Positions 28,107-36,593 of a stretch of DNA of 41,013 bases are shown here, piece by piece. Made by a program: the position numbers and the translations under genes. The notes under the pieces were generated by a model, which worked only from the letters and a program-made list of their open reading frames with translations, was not told where the DNA came from and ran no database searches. Positions within the stretch are counted from its first letter, which is position 1. The number at the start of each line of letters is the position of its first letter. This DNA comes from a virus (Duplodnaviria > Caudoviricetes): positions 1 to 41,013 of IMG/VR virus record IMGVR_UViG_3300020045_007779; one strand, written 5' to 3'.

Positions 28107-29563
28107 GACCCTATCAAGAAGAATCTATTCAGTTGTTAAACGAAAATTTTAGAAGGCATAAAAGACAGATTTTGTGCCTTCCAACTGGAGCAGGAAAAAC
28201 AGTAACATTTGCAGAAATGACTAAAAGAGCATCGGAAAAAGGTAAAACGGTTTTAATTTTAACTGATAGAACGGAACTTTGCACGCAGGCACTTAAAACC
28301 ATTTCTAAACATGATCTACCTATTGAACGAATAGACCCGACTAACAAAAAAATATACGAAGGCGCTAAAATATTTGTCGCAATGGTCGAAACACTCAATA
28401 ATAGAATCAAAAAAGGGTTAAATATAAATCCTGACTTAATTATTATTGACGAAGCGCACAAAGGGAACTTTACAAAGATACTTGATTTGTTTCCTAATTG
28501 CTTTGTTGTCGGAGCGACTGCAACACCCATCGGAAAGCACATAATTAAGTATTATACAAATATAATTCAAAACATTGACATTCCTGAACTCATTGAATCT
28601 GGTTATTTGAGCACTCCAAAAGCGTTTCAAATGGTGGATGACTTTTCAGATCTAAAAAAAGAGGCTGGTGAATTCACTGAAGAATCTCAATTGCAGCATT
28701 TCAAGAAGTCAAAAGTGTTTGATGGATTTGTAGATGTATTTGATGGCAAAAAAACACTTGTATTTTGTTGTAATATTCAGCATTCAATTGATACTTGTGA
28801 AGCGTTTAGGGCTCGTAATATTAAGAGCGAAGTTGTGACAAGTTTAACCCAAAAAGAAGAACGAGAAAGAATTCTAAAGTCATTTAACAGGGGTTACTTT
28901 GATGTTTTGGTTAATTGTGGAATCTTAACAACTGGTTATGATGAACCCACAATTGAAAATATTATAATTGTTAGAGCTACAACATCGTTGGCTTTGTGGC
29001 TTCAAATGTGCGGACGTGGAAGTCGGGTAATTCCTGAAAAAAAGGAGCGTTTTACGATTTATGATTTTGGTGGAAATCATGACAGGCATGGACTTTGGAA
29101 TGCTGAAAGAGTTTGGAGCCTTGAAGAAAAGAAAAAAAAGAAAAGCGAAGGTATTTCACCCGTAAAAAGTTGCCCAAAATGTGAAGCGATGCTGGCTGTA
29201 TCTGCAAAGTTTTGTGAGTATTGCGAATATGAGTTTCCGATATTGGAAAAGGAAATTTCAAAAGGCGTTTTAGTTGAAGTTGTAAATGATATTGCAAAAG
29301 TACCTGAACATTTGAAAGGATTAAGGGTTAAAGATTTAAGTATTGTTCAATTATCTGATTTGCAAAAAAGCAAAAAGTACAAACCAACTTTTATATGGAG
29401 AATATTAAGAGGAATTGCATATAGTGATGGGAGTTGTAGTTATGAATTACAGAAAGGCTATATTCAAAAATATGCAAATATTTTTAATTATAAAAAAGGT
29501 TGGGTAAAATCACAACTTGAAAAAATAAATGATTGTGATTTTCCAAATTTTATTTTGAAATAA
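28097..29563 (+). CDS. SF2 (ResIII/DExH) helicase with C-terminal zinc ribbon
   Basis: LRPYQ, PTGAGKT, DEAH, TATP, QMCGRGSR and CxxC...CxxC. Confidence 0.92.
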   Translation: MQLRPYQEESIQLLNENFRRHKRQILCLPTGAGKTVTFAEMTKRASEKGKTVLILTDRTELCTQALKTISKHDLPIERIDPTNKKIYEGAKIFVAMVETLNNRIKKGLNINPDLIIIDEAHKGNFTKILDLFPNCFVVGATATPIGKHIIKYYTNIIQNIDIPELIESGYLSTPKAFQMVDDFSDLKKEAGEFTEESQLQHFKKSKVFDGFVDVFDGKKTLVFCCNIQHSIDTCEAFRARNIKSEVVTSLTQKEERERILKSFNRGYFDVLVNCGILTTGYDEPTIENIIIVRATTSLALWLQMCGRGSRVIPEKKERFTIYDFGGNHDRHGLWNAERVWSLEEKKKKKSEGISPVKSCPKCEAMLAVSAKFCEYCEYEFPILEKEISKGVLVEVVNDIAKVPEHLKGLRVKDLSIVQLSDLQKSKKYKPTFIWRILRGIAYSDGSCSYELQKGYIQKYANIFNYKKGWVKSQLEKINDCDFPNFILK

Positions 29564-29584
29564 TAAAACTATCTATTATCTTTG
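29554..29584 (+). promoter_or_regulatory. promoter of the primase operon
   Basis: TTTG-N19-TATCTTTG. Confidence 0.7.
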
Positions 29585-29591
29585 TGAACTC

Positions 29592-29685
29592 GAAAATTAA
29601 AAGGGTCGAATATTTTAATTTTCTAACATTAAACAATTAATTGTTTAACTTAACCCCTTTGTATTCGGCCATTGGGGTTTTTTTT
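29592..29685 (+). ncRNA. structured leader / attenuator with loop-loop complementarity
   Basis: Three hairpins, the last a terminator; loop 1 GGTCGAATA complements loop 3 TATTCGGCC. Confidence 0.65.
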
Positions 29686-29695
29686 ATCTAAAAAA

Positions 29696-29911
29696 ATGAA
29701 AGATTTAACACTCAAAGAGTTACAAAATGGAGAGGGTAAACTAGTTTTTAAGTTATACCAAAATGTAGAAGGTGGAAAAGCAATAATGGTTACACAAGTT
29801 CAAAAATGGAATAAAGATAATGAATTTTGTGGAAATGCTGATTTAATTAAATTAGTTCCTTACTTGCATACTATTAAAAACATTGAATTTCAGGATAATA
29901 AATATTTATGA
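29696..29911 (+). CDS. hypothetical protein
   Basis: Start moved to MKDLTL, after the leader. Confidence 0.55.
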   Translation: MKDLTLKELQNGEGKLVFKLYQNVEGGKAIMVTQVQKWNKDNEFCGNADLIKLVPYLHTIKNIEFQDNKYL

Positions 29912-32043
29912 ACATAAGTATATTTCAAAACGCAAAAAACACTACTCCAATTGATGTAATTACTATAAATGACTTTATTAATAAAGTTAAATATGGTCAC
30001 TGGAAAACAGTAGTTGAAAAAATCAGAAATGCAAAGAATGATGACGAGCGAAAAGCCTTCAAAATTCTTTTACCAGCTGTAACAGTTTCAGGAACTTTCA
30101 ACGAACGTAAAGAAACTGGATTAATTCAACATTCTGGATTTGTTCAAATTGATATTGATCATAGAATTGATTGTTTTGAAGACCTTTGCAATGATCAGTA
30201 TAGTTATGCTGTATTTAAGTCAGCAGGTGGAAATGGATTAGTTGTAATTGTTAAAATCAATAAGGAAAAACACAAAGAATCCATTAGGTTTTTAAGAGAT
30301 TATTATTTTAATACATATAAAATTTATATTGATGACGCTCCTGTTAATGTTGCTTCGCTTCGTTTTGTTTCTTATGATGCAAATTGTTATATTAATGAAA
30401 AATCGAAAGTTTCAAAACAAAATGCAGAAAAGAAAACAAAACCAAAGTCGCTAAATTTAGTTTTTGGCAATTCTGAAATAGATGGATTTGTTCAAGAAAT
30501 TCAAAGAAGTGGAATTTCAATTGCTCCAACTTATGAAGAGTATAGAAACTTAGCTTTTGCACTTGCAGATGGATTTGGAGAAACCGGAAGGGGTTATTTT
30601 CATGCACTTTGTTTTAATGATGCAACTTACACTCAAAGAGCAGCAGATAAGCAATTTGATGAGGCTCTTAAAAATCGTAAGTCTGGAATAAGTGTCGGAA
30701 CTTTCTATTTTATGGCTCAAAATGCTGGTTTTCAACTACCAAAAGTGAATCAAGCTGCATTAAATACGGCTGTAATTGGCAAAAGTAACAATTTAAGTGT
30801 TGATTTGATAGCTCAAAACCTTGTAAATCAGTATAATTTTGAGCTAAAAAACGCTGAAGAGTTTGCAAAAAAAGTAATTGAAGATCAAAATATTACACTT
30901 GCAAGCGTTTCTGGAGATGCTGATAAACTAATTGAAACGTTGATTTCTTGGTTAAATAAGCATTATGACATCAAATTAAACGTAATTACTCGAATTTTAG
31001 AGAATAAAGGGGAAATTTTAAGCCAAAGAAAGCTAAATTCTATCTTTTTGAAGGCTAAAAAGGCGTTTAATATACCTGCTTTAACCTACGATATACTTGA
31101 AAGAATCATTTTTTCAGAAGAAATTACCGAATTTAACCCATTTGAAGAGTATTTTAAGGCAAATAATCATAGAGAATCTAACGGAAATTTAGATAAATTA
31201 TGCAAAACAATAGATTCTTATGATGAAATCATTGAATTTACAAGCATATTTATTAAAAAATGGTTTGTTTCTTTGATTGCAGCCACTGATGGCTATCCAA
31301 TTAGATCTGTTTTAGCCTTAGTTGGTGGTCAAAATACAGGAAAGACTGAATGGTTTAGGCGTTTATTACCTAAAGACCTTCAAAAGTATTATGCAGAATC
31401 TAAAATGGATGCTGGAAAAGATGACGATTTACTTATGACTCAAAAATTAATTGTAATGAATGATGAAATGGGGGGTAAATCTAAACAGGACGAAAAAAGA
31501 TTCAAAGAATTAACATCAAAAGCAATCTTTTCTTTGCGTGCTCCTTATGGACGTAATAATGAGGATTTCAAAAGATTAGCAGTTTTATGTGGAACTTCAA
31601 ATGATAAAGAAGTAATTAATGATCCAACTGGTAACACTAGAATTTTGCCGGTGGAAGTTTTTAGAATACATCATGATCTTTATAACTCAATTGATAAAGA
31701 TGAATTATTTATGGAAGCTAAAAGATTGTATGATAAAGGGTTTGATTATAAGTTAAGCAAAAAAGAACTTGAATTTTTAGATAAGTTTGGAGAGTTATTT
31801 CAAACTATCAATTATGAATATGAGTTAATTAACAAATATTTCAAAAGTCCTTTTTTAGGAGATACTGGACACAAAGAATTTTTAACTTCAACTGATATCA
31901 AAATCATTATTGAAACAGAATCAAAACAGATACTTAAAAGCTCAAAGTTATTAGGAATTCAATTAAAAAAAATCTTTGGAGATCAAAAATCAACAAGAAT
32001 AAATGGAAAACCTGCAAAAGCTTATGAGGTTATAAGGCTTTAA
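29908..32043 (+). CDS. primase-helicase (BT4734-like/VirE-N, PriCT-2, VapE-like ATPase)
   Basis: LPAVT.SG.F, HSGFVQIDID, S.GG.G; GGQNTGKT, DE and CGTSN...DPTGN.R. Confidence 0.9.
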   Translation: MNISIFQNAKNTTPIDVITINDFINKVKYGHWKTVVEKIRNAKNDDERKAFKILLPAVTVSGTFNERKETGLIQHSGFVQIDIDHRIDCFEDLCNDQYSYAVFKSAGGNGLVVIVKINKEKHKESIRFLRDYYFNTYKIYIDDAPVNVASLRFVSYDANCYINEKSKVSKQNAEKKTKPKSLNLVFGNSEIDGFVQEIQRSGISIAPTYEEYRNLAFALADGFGETGRGYFHALCFNDATYTQRAADKQFDEALKNRKSGISVGTFYFMAQNAGFQLPKVNQAALNTAVIGKSNNLSVDLIAQNLVNQYNFELKNAEEFAKKVIEDQNITLASVSGDADKLIETLISWLNKHYDIKLNVITRILENKGEILSQRKLNSIFLKAKKAFNIPALTYDILERIIFSEEITEFNPFEEYFKANNHRESNGNLDKLCKTIDSYDEIIEFTSIFIKKWFVSLIAATDGYPIRSVLALVGGQNTGKTEWFRRLLPKDLQKYYAESKMDAGKDDDLLMTQKLIVMNDEMGGKSKQDEKRFKELTSKAIFSLRAPYGRNNEDFKRLAVLCGTSNDKEVINDPTGNTRILPVEVFRIHHDLYNSIDKDELFMEAKRLYDKGFDYKLSKKELEFLDKFGELFQTINYEYELINKYFKSPFLGDTGHKEFLTSTDIKIIIETESKQILKSSKLLGIQLKKIFGDQKSTRINGKPAKAYEVIRL

Positions 32044-32277
32044 CCTACTACAAGCTACTACAACCTACTACAATATTTTAGCGTTTTACTCTACTAACTT
32101 ATTAATAATAAATTCTTTAGAAAATAATATATTAACTTACTACAATTTGTAGTAGTGTAGTAGGGTAAAATTAAAAACTTACAACCAAAAACATTTTTTT
32201 ATTTTTTTAAATTTATTTTTTTTATTCAATTCAGTAATCTAAATCAAATTACGATACTACCCTACTACACTACTACA
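32043..32277. repeat. putative replication origin with CTACTACA iterons
   Basis: Three tandem CTACTACAA; perfect 20-bp inverted repeat 32148..32167/32258..32277 around an AT-rich core. Confidence 0.75.
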
Positions 32278-32279
32278 TT

Positions 32280-32621
32280 ATGACAGAAATACAGATACAA
32301 AAAGCGTGTTACATTTGGTTTCACAACACATTTCCAGCCGATAGAGGGCTTTTATGCTACAATTTAGGCAACTCAAAGAATGCAATTGATGGAAATAAAA
32401 ACAAAGCATTAGGATTGCAAGCAGGTCGAAGTGATTTAGTTTATTATTTTGCAGGAAAAGCAAATATGATTGAAATAAAAGATTTAGCTGGAAGGCAAAG
32501 CGAAAAACAAAAAGAATGGCAAAAGCTTATTGAGCTAAATGGATTTAGCTATGATATTGTTAGAAGCTTAGAAGAATTCCAACTATTAATTGCACGCATT
32601 CAAAAAGAAACAACGATTTAA
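32280..32621 (+). CDS. VRR-NUC nuclease
   Basis: TE..IQ, G..AG.SDL and IEIK...GRQS..QK.W. Confidence 0.88.
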   Translation: MTEIQIQKACYIWFHNTFPADRGLLCYNLGNSKNAIDGNKNKALGLQAGRSDLVYYFAGKANMIEIKDLAGRQSEKQKEWQKLIELNGFSYDIVRSLEEFQLLIARIQKETTI

Positions 32622-32641
32622 GAGCACTAAATTAAAAATAT

Positions 32642-32839
32642 ATGTTAGTAATAGTCTACGCAAATTTAACCGTTAAAAACGCATCTAAATTAATAAACTT
32701 AAAAGGCTGCGTTTTATTGAGTGATGCAAAATTTTACAAAGGAATGGAAATAATTAAAAAAGAAATAATCAAAGATTTAGGAGAACCGAATAAACAGTTA
32801 ACGAAAGAGGAATATGAATCAATATATCGTAAACATTGA
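32642..32839 (+). CDS. hypothetical protein
   Basis: 3' end recurs at 33626. Confidence 0.55.
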   Translation: MLVIVYANLTVKNASKLINLKGCVLLSDAKFYKGMEIIKKEIIKDLGEPNKQLTKEEYESIYRKH

Positions 32840-33140
32840 AAAGAAATTTATCTATGATGAATTTGTAGTTCAAACAAAAAATACATTCAAAAAAGTATTT
32901 GCAAAAAATGAAAACTCTTGCTTATTAGATATGCAAAAATTATGCTGGGGAAACGTTGCAAGGGAAGCAGATTTAATTTTATTAAGACATTTCAAAGAAG
33001 GTAAAATAAAAGAAGTAGATGTTGAAAAAATTAGAGTTGATATAGATATTGATTTCCAGAAATGGCATCGATACACTTTTGAAAATCAAAGAATTGGAAA
33101 GAAACAAATTAAAAATATAATTAGAATTAGAAAGAAATGA
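32814..33140 (+). CDS. hypothetical protein
   Basis: Coupled ORF. Confidence 0.55.
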   Translation: MNQYIVNIEKKFIYDEFVVQTKNTFKKVFAKNENSCLLDMQKLCWGNVAREADLILLRHFKEGKIKEVDVEKIRVDIDIDFQKWHRYTFENQRIGKKQIKNIIRIRKK

Positions 33141-33544
33141 AAGTACTAACATTTAGCAAGGTGTTCCCACAAAAGCATATTAATGCTGGTGAACCTACGA
33201 ATTTCAAAGAAAAAATATTTAGTGGTGAAAAAATCCACACAATCAGACCTGAAACAAACAAGTGGAAAATTGGAGATCAAATTTCTATGAGATATTGGAC
33301 AGGCAAACCCTATCACTCCAAACAAGAAATATTTTGCGAGGAGTTTGAGGTGGTGGAGTTATTAGAAATTGCAATTGAGATAACAAATAATACTATTTCA
33401 TGGATTTTCAATGTTTCATGTGAAGAAAAAAGAGTTGCAAAAAATGATGGCTTAACATGGGAACAATTACAATCATGGTTTGCAAATAAAAAAGATGGAG
33501 TTTATAGTTTTACTCTAATCGCATGGCAACCAACTAATTATTAA
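33137..33544 (+). CDS. ASCH/PUA-like protein
   Basis: I.SGEK.HTIR...GD...WTGKPY.S...A..DG. Confidence 0.7.
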   Translation: MKVLTFSKVFPQKHINAGEPTNFKEKIFSGEKIHTIRPETNKWKIGDQISMRYWTGKPYHSKQEIFCEEFEVVELLEIAIEITNNTISWIFNVSCEEKRVAKNDGLTWEQLQSWFANKKDGVYSFTLIAWQPTNY

Positions 33545-33612
33545 AAAATAATGGCAAGGTGCAATATTAAAGGACTAACTTTCAATCGTAAACTCAGAGC
33601 AAATGCCATTAA

Positions 33613-33690
33613 ATTAAATTAGTAAATTTAGGAGAACCGAATCAACAATTAACGAGGGAAGAATGGGAAAAGAATATAAATTCAAAGTAG
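33613..33690 (+). pseudogene. start-less remnant paralogous to the C-terminus of 32642..32839
   Basis: NLGEPNQQLTREEWE versus DLGEPNKQLTKEEYE; in-frame TAA upstream. Confidence 0.55.
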
Positions 33691-34016
33691 TTGAGAAACT
33701 AAAAAAGAATGCTAGAGTCTGCACTGCTCAGATTCGCAAAGAAATGAAAAAACTGGACATGTTTTGTTATGATCTAAAATCTGAAAAGGAAGCAAAAGAA
33801 GCTTTGCAGGCAAGGAAAAGTAGAACAGTTTTAGAACATATTCAACAAAGGACGCATAAAATTTATGCAGAAGACGAAGAAACGGCATCAATCAGACTTA
33901 TTAAAAGATTGCTAAAAGAAGGTTTTTCTAAGGAGTTTTTGAAGAAATGCAATGATCTTAAATTGGATAATTATAACGATTACATAACCACTACAGAGTT
34001 AATGCCATGCAACTAG
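33663..34016 (+). CDS. hypothetical protein
   Basis: 117-aa ORF. Confidence 0.6.
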   Translation: MGKEYKFKVVEKLKKNARVCTAQIRKEMKKLDMFCYDLKSEKEAKEALQARKSRTVLEHIQQRTHKIYAEDEETASIRLIKRLLKEGFSKEFLKKCNDLKLDNYNDYITTTELMPCN

Positions 34017-34174
34017 AAGAAGAAACAAATAAGGGTATTTTATACTCAACTTATAAAAGAATTGCTCCAAAAGTACTGGATTTTGAAAAGTTAAATTATG
34101 ACTATTTCAAGAATGAATTAACAGATAATGATGTATGGAAAATTATTTTTCAATTACAAAAAGAATTATGCTGA
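34007..34174 (+). CDS. 55-aa hypothetical protein (not in ORF track)
   Basis: MQLEEETNKG...; fills the gap and overlaps both neighbours. Confidence 0.5.
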   Translation: MQLEEETNKGILYSTYKRIAPKVLDFEKLNYDYFKNELTDNDVWKIIFQLQKELC

Positions 34175-34539
34175 ACAAAAAATACGAAACTGAAGAACGA
34201 ACCAACATTGAAGAGCTCTGGAATGAGCGAATAGCAGCGTTTAATGTTGCATTGAATGAAAGAATAACAGGAACTAAATTAGAGCTTGAATTTCAAAAAA
34301 GACAAAATGAAGTAATTCGAAAAGAAAAGGAGTTCAACGAGATTGAGCAACTTGATTTGAAAAAAAAGTTAACTAAAACTTATTGGAATAATTCAGAATT
34401 GAGAAAACAAAATGAATTAATGCAATTGGAAATAAAGAAATTAAATCAAGAAAATAAAGATTTATTGCAGGAAAAAGAACAAATTAGAATTGAAAGAAAT
34501 AGCTTTAGAAATCTTTATTACAAAGTTACTAAAAAATAA
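34168..34539 (+). CDS. coiled-coil hypothetical protein
   Basis: Start moved to MLNKKY; heptad-rich. Confidence 0.6.
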   Translation: MLNKKYETEERTNIEELWNERIAAFNVALNERITGTKLELEFQKRQNEVIRKEKEFNEIEQLDLKKKLTKTYWNNSELRKQNELMQLEIKKLNQENKDLLQEKEQIRIERNSFRNLYYKVTKK

Positions 34540-34549
34540 TTTACTTGAT

Positions 34550-34562
34550 AATCAATAAGTTA
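34550..34562 (+). promoter_or_regulatory. IHF-consensus site
   Basis: AATCAATAAGTTA, at the same distance from the promoter as the 9283 site. Confidence 0.55.
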
Positions 34563-34593
34563 ACAAAGTAAGTAAAAAATAATTTACAAATAA

Positions 34594-34625
34594 TTTGCAA
34601 GTTATGTAAATAATACCGTAATTTG
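34594..34625 (+). promoter_or_regulatory. Bacteroidota-type promoter
   Basis: TTTG-N21-TAATTTG. Confidence 0.7.
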
Positions 34626-34645
34626 TAGCATAAATGAATAAAAAA

Positions 34646-34820
34646 ATGGAACTTACTGCAAAACAAACAAATATTAAAAGCTCAAAAGTTAATAAACGAG
34701 GCTTCAAAATTAATGGAGTGTTTAACCTCTAAGCACTTAAATGATGTTATAATAGCTCAATCAGTCGCACCAATTAATAGAGCAAAAGAAAACATTGATT
34801 ATTTAATTGAACAATTTTAA
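34646..34820 (+). pseudogene. frameshifted small gene
   Basis: MELTAKQ continues in the +1 frame as ILKAQKLINEASKLMECL... across AAACAAACAAA. Confidence 0.45.
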
Positions 34821-34855
34821 CCCCAAAGGGGCGAAAGCCCCCCACTCTTTAAAAT

Positions 34856-35077
34856 ATGACAAACAAAGAACTTATAAACAAAATACAAGCTATTACAGGC
34901 TTGGATGTGCGAACTATTCGCAATGGATTGAAAGAGTATGAATCGGATTTAAATCCTGATGCAAAACTCAAAATGTTAGCTATTAAATTATTAGCAGCGG
35001 AAGTATTAAATGGGGATTTACTCCCTATTGATGAGCATATAGGATTTTATGATACAATTTTAGAGGAGCATTTATGA
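34856..35077 (+). CDS. putative HTH protein
   Basis: KIQAITGLDVRTIRNGL. Confidence 0.55.
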   Translation: MTNKELINKIQAITGLDVRTIRNGLKEYESDLNPDAKLKMLAIKLLAAEVLNGDLLPIDEHIGFYDTILEEHL

Positions 35078-35592
35078 AAACAGCGATCTTATTTCTTAGC
35101 TTATTTCTCCTTAGCTGTTCAACTAAACAGCAGCAACCCGAGCCAATTCCCGACGCTTACACTTGCATCCAGTACAATGATTATTACGAAGATGCAACAT
35201 GTAAAGTATTTGGTTACCCTGATACACTCAGCCAGGATGCACTCAGATACGAATGGAGGCTCAAGAAACGCTTAACTCCTGAATGGCTTATGCTCACTAA
35301 GGCTAAACTAGAATCGAATAACCAACCTTGGATTTATAGGTTAGAAAAACGAATAGGGAAGATTTCGAGTGGCTTATTTCAACAACTTGGAGCCGACGCA
35401 ATAGAGTTAAGTATACAGGACCAAATGTCAAACTATGATAGTTTAATGAATTGGTGTATTACTAGAGCTGAAGGAGATTTAGCAAAAAGTATTTTTTATT
35501 ATAATACTCCTTATGGGGTGTATAGAGGGAACGAATGGTGGGTGATTAAAACGATGAGATATTATTATGGGACTTCCTTATCAGGGCAATAA
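35074..35592 (+). CDS. lipoprotein with an SLT lytic transglycosylase-like domain
   Basis: Lipobox LLSC; LES, SGLFQ and YYN motifs. Confidence 0.6.
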   Translation: MKTAILFLSLFLLSCSTKQQQPEPIPDAYTCIQYNDYYEDATCKVFGYPDTLSQDALRYEWRLKKRLTPEWLMLTKAKLESNNQPWIYRLEKRIGKISSGLFQQLGADAIELSIQDQMSNYDSLMNWCITRAEGDLAKSIFYYNTPYGVYRGNEWWVIKTMRYYYGTSLSGQ

Positions 35593-36544
35593 ATCAGAAA
35601 TTGCAGAAGAATTAGTTTTGTTTTTACGTCGATCATTTCCAGAGTATAAAAATTTTTATGATTTATTTGGAGGTGGTGGAACCATAAGTGAAACTGCATA
35701 TAAATATTACGATCGGGTAATATACAATGAATTGAACACATCTATATATTTAGCTTTTAATTCATTGATTGAAAGTAACTTTGAATGGCATTTACCTAAA
35801 AGCGAATTTATAACCTCAGAACAATTCAAAGAAATTAAAGATGGTCCAGATTCGGCTCGCAAAGGATTAGTTTTAAGTTGCTGGAGTTTTGGGAATAATC
35901 AAAAAGATTATCTTTACTCTATTGATTTAATGCCATTCAAACAAGCTTTGCATAACATTTGCTTTACAGATTCAGAAGAAACAATTATTGAATCCTTTGA
36001 AATCATGAGTAATAGAGTTTTTGAAAAACCAGAAAATTACACTATTCAATTTGATGCATCAAAGGCAAAGATATTATTAAAAACTCCTAAACATCAAAGG
36101 CGATTTAAGATTAGAAAATGCGTTTTAAGCAGATCGCTGCAAAGTCTGCAAAGTCTGCAAAGGCTGGAAAGTCTGGAAAGGCTGGAAAGGCTGGAAAGTC
36201 TGGAAAGGCTGGAAAGTCTGGAAAGGCTGGAAACTTATAATTTTGATTATAAAGATGTTTTTATAAAAGAAAATTCTATTGTTTATTGCGACATTCCTTA
36301 CAACTCAAACAAAACTAAAGGGAGTTATGGCTTACAATTTGATCATAATTCTTTTTATGAATGGGCTGCTAATCATGAATCGACTGTTGTTTTTTCTGAT
36401 TACTTTGAAAACGTTCCAGATAACTTTGAAGTCATTTGGCAAAAATCAAAAAGAAACAAACTTGCTGGAGGTTCTGATAAAAGAAGTATTGAAATTTTAG
36501 CATGGAATAAAAAAGGTAATCTAATTCAAACAACACTCTTCTAA
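35567..36544 (+). CDS. D12-class N6-adenine DNA methyltransferase
   Basis: PYQGNKS, DLFGGGG and YCDIPY. Confidence 0.85.
   Translation: MGLPYQGNKSEIAEELVLFLRRSFPEYKNFYDLFGGGGTISETAYKYYDRVIYNELNTSIYLAFNSLIESNFEWHLPKSEFITSEQFKEIKDGPDSARKGLVLSCWSFGNNQKDYLYSIDLMPFKQALHNICFTDSEETIIESFEIMSNRVFEKPENYTIQFDASKAKILLKTPKHQRRFKIRKCVLSRSLQSLQSLQRLESLERLERLESLERLESLERLETYNFDYKDVFIKENSIVYCDIPYNSNKTKGSYGLQFDHNSFYEWAANHESTVVFSDYFENVPDNFEVIWQKSKRNKLAGGSDKRSIEILAWNKKGNLIQTTLF
36137..36235 (+). repeat. 11 x 9-bp in-frame tandem repeat CTG(C/G)AAAG(T/G)
   Basis: Counted directly; encodes L-(Q/E)-(S/R); last unit degenerate. Confidence 0.95.
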
Positions 36545-36547
36545 AAC

Positions 36548-36575
36548 AAAAAACCCCTCAATCACGAGGGGTTTT
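36548..36575. terminator. bidirectional intrinsic terminator
   Basis: AAAACCCCTC-AATCAC-GAGGGGTTTT between convergent genes. Confidence 0.85.
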
Positions 36576-36593
36576 CTTATTCTAATTCAGAAC

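Noticed and set aside
27720-29703. 20-bp near-repeat TTATCTAAAA(G/A)AATGAAAGA as a cassette boundary
   Set aside because: Mostly A-rich start context, and it would bracket the core helicase; kept only as a weak hint.
36137-36235. Possible CRISPR array
   Set aside because: Contiguous 9-bp units without spacers, in frame within a gene; no cas genes.
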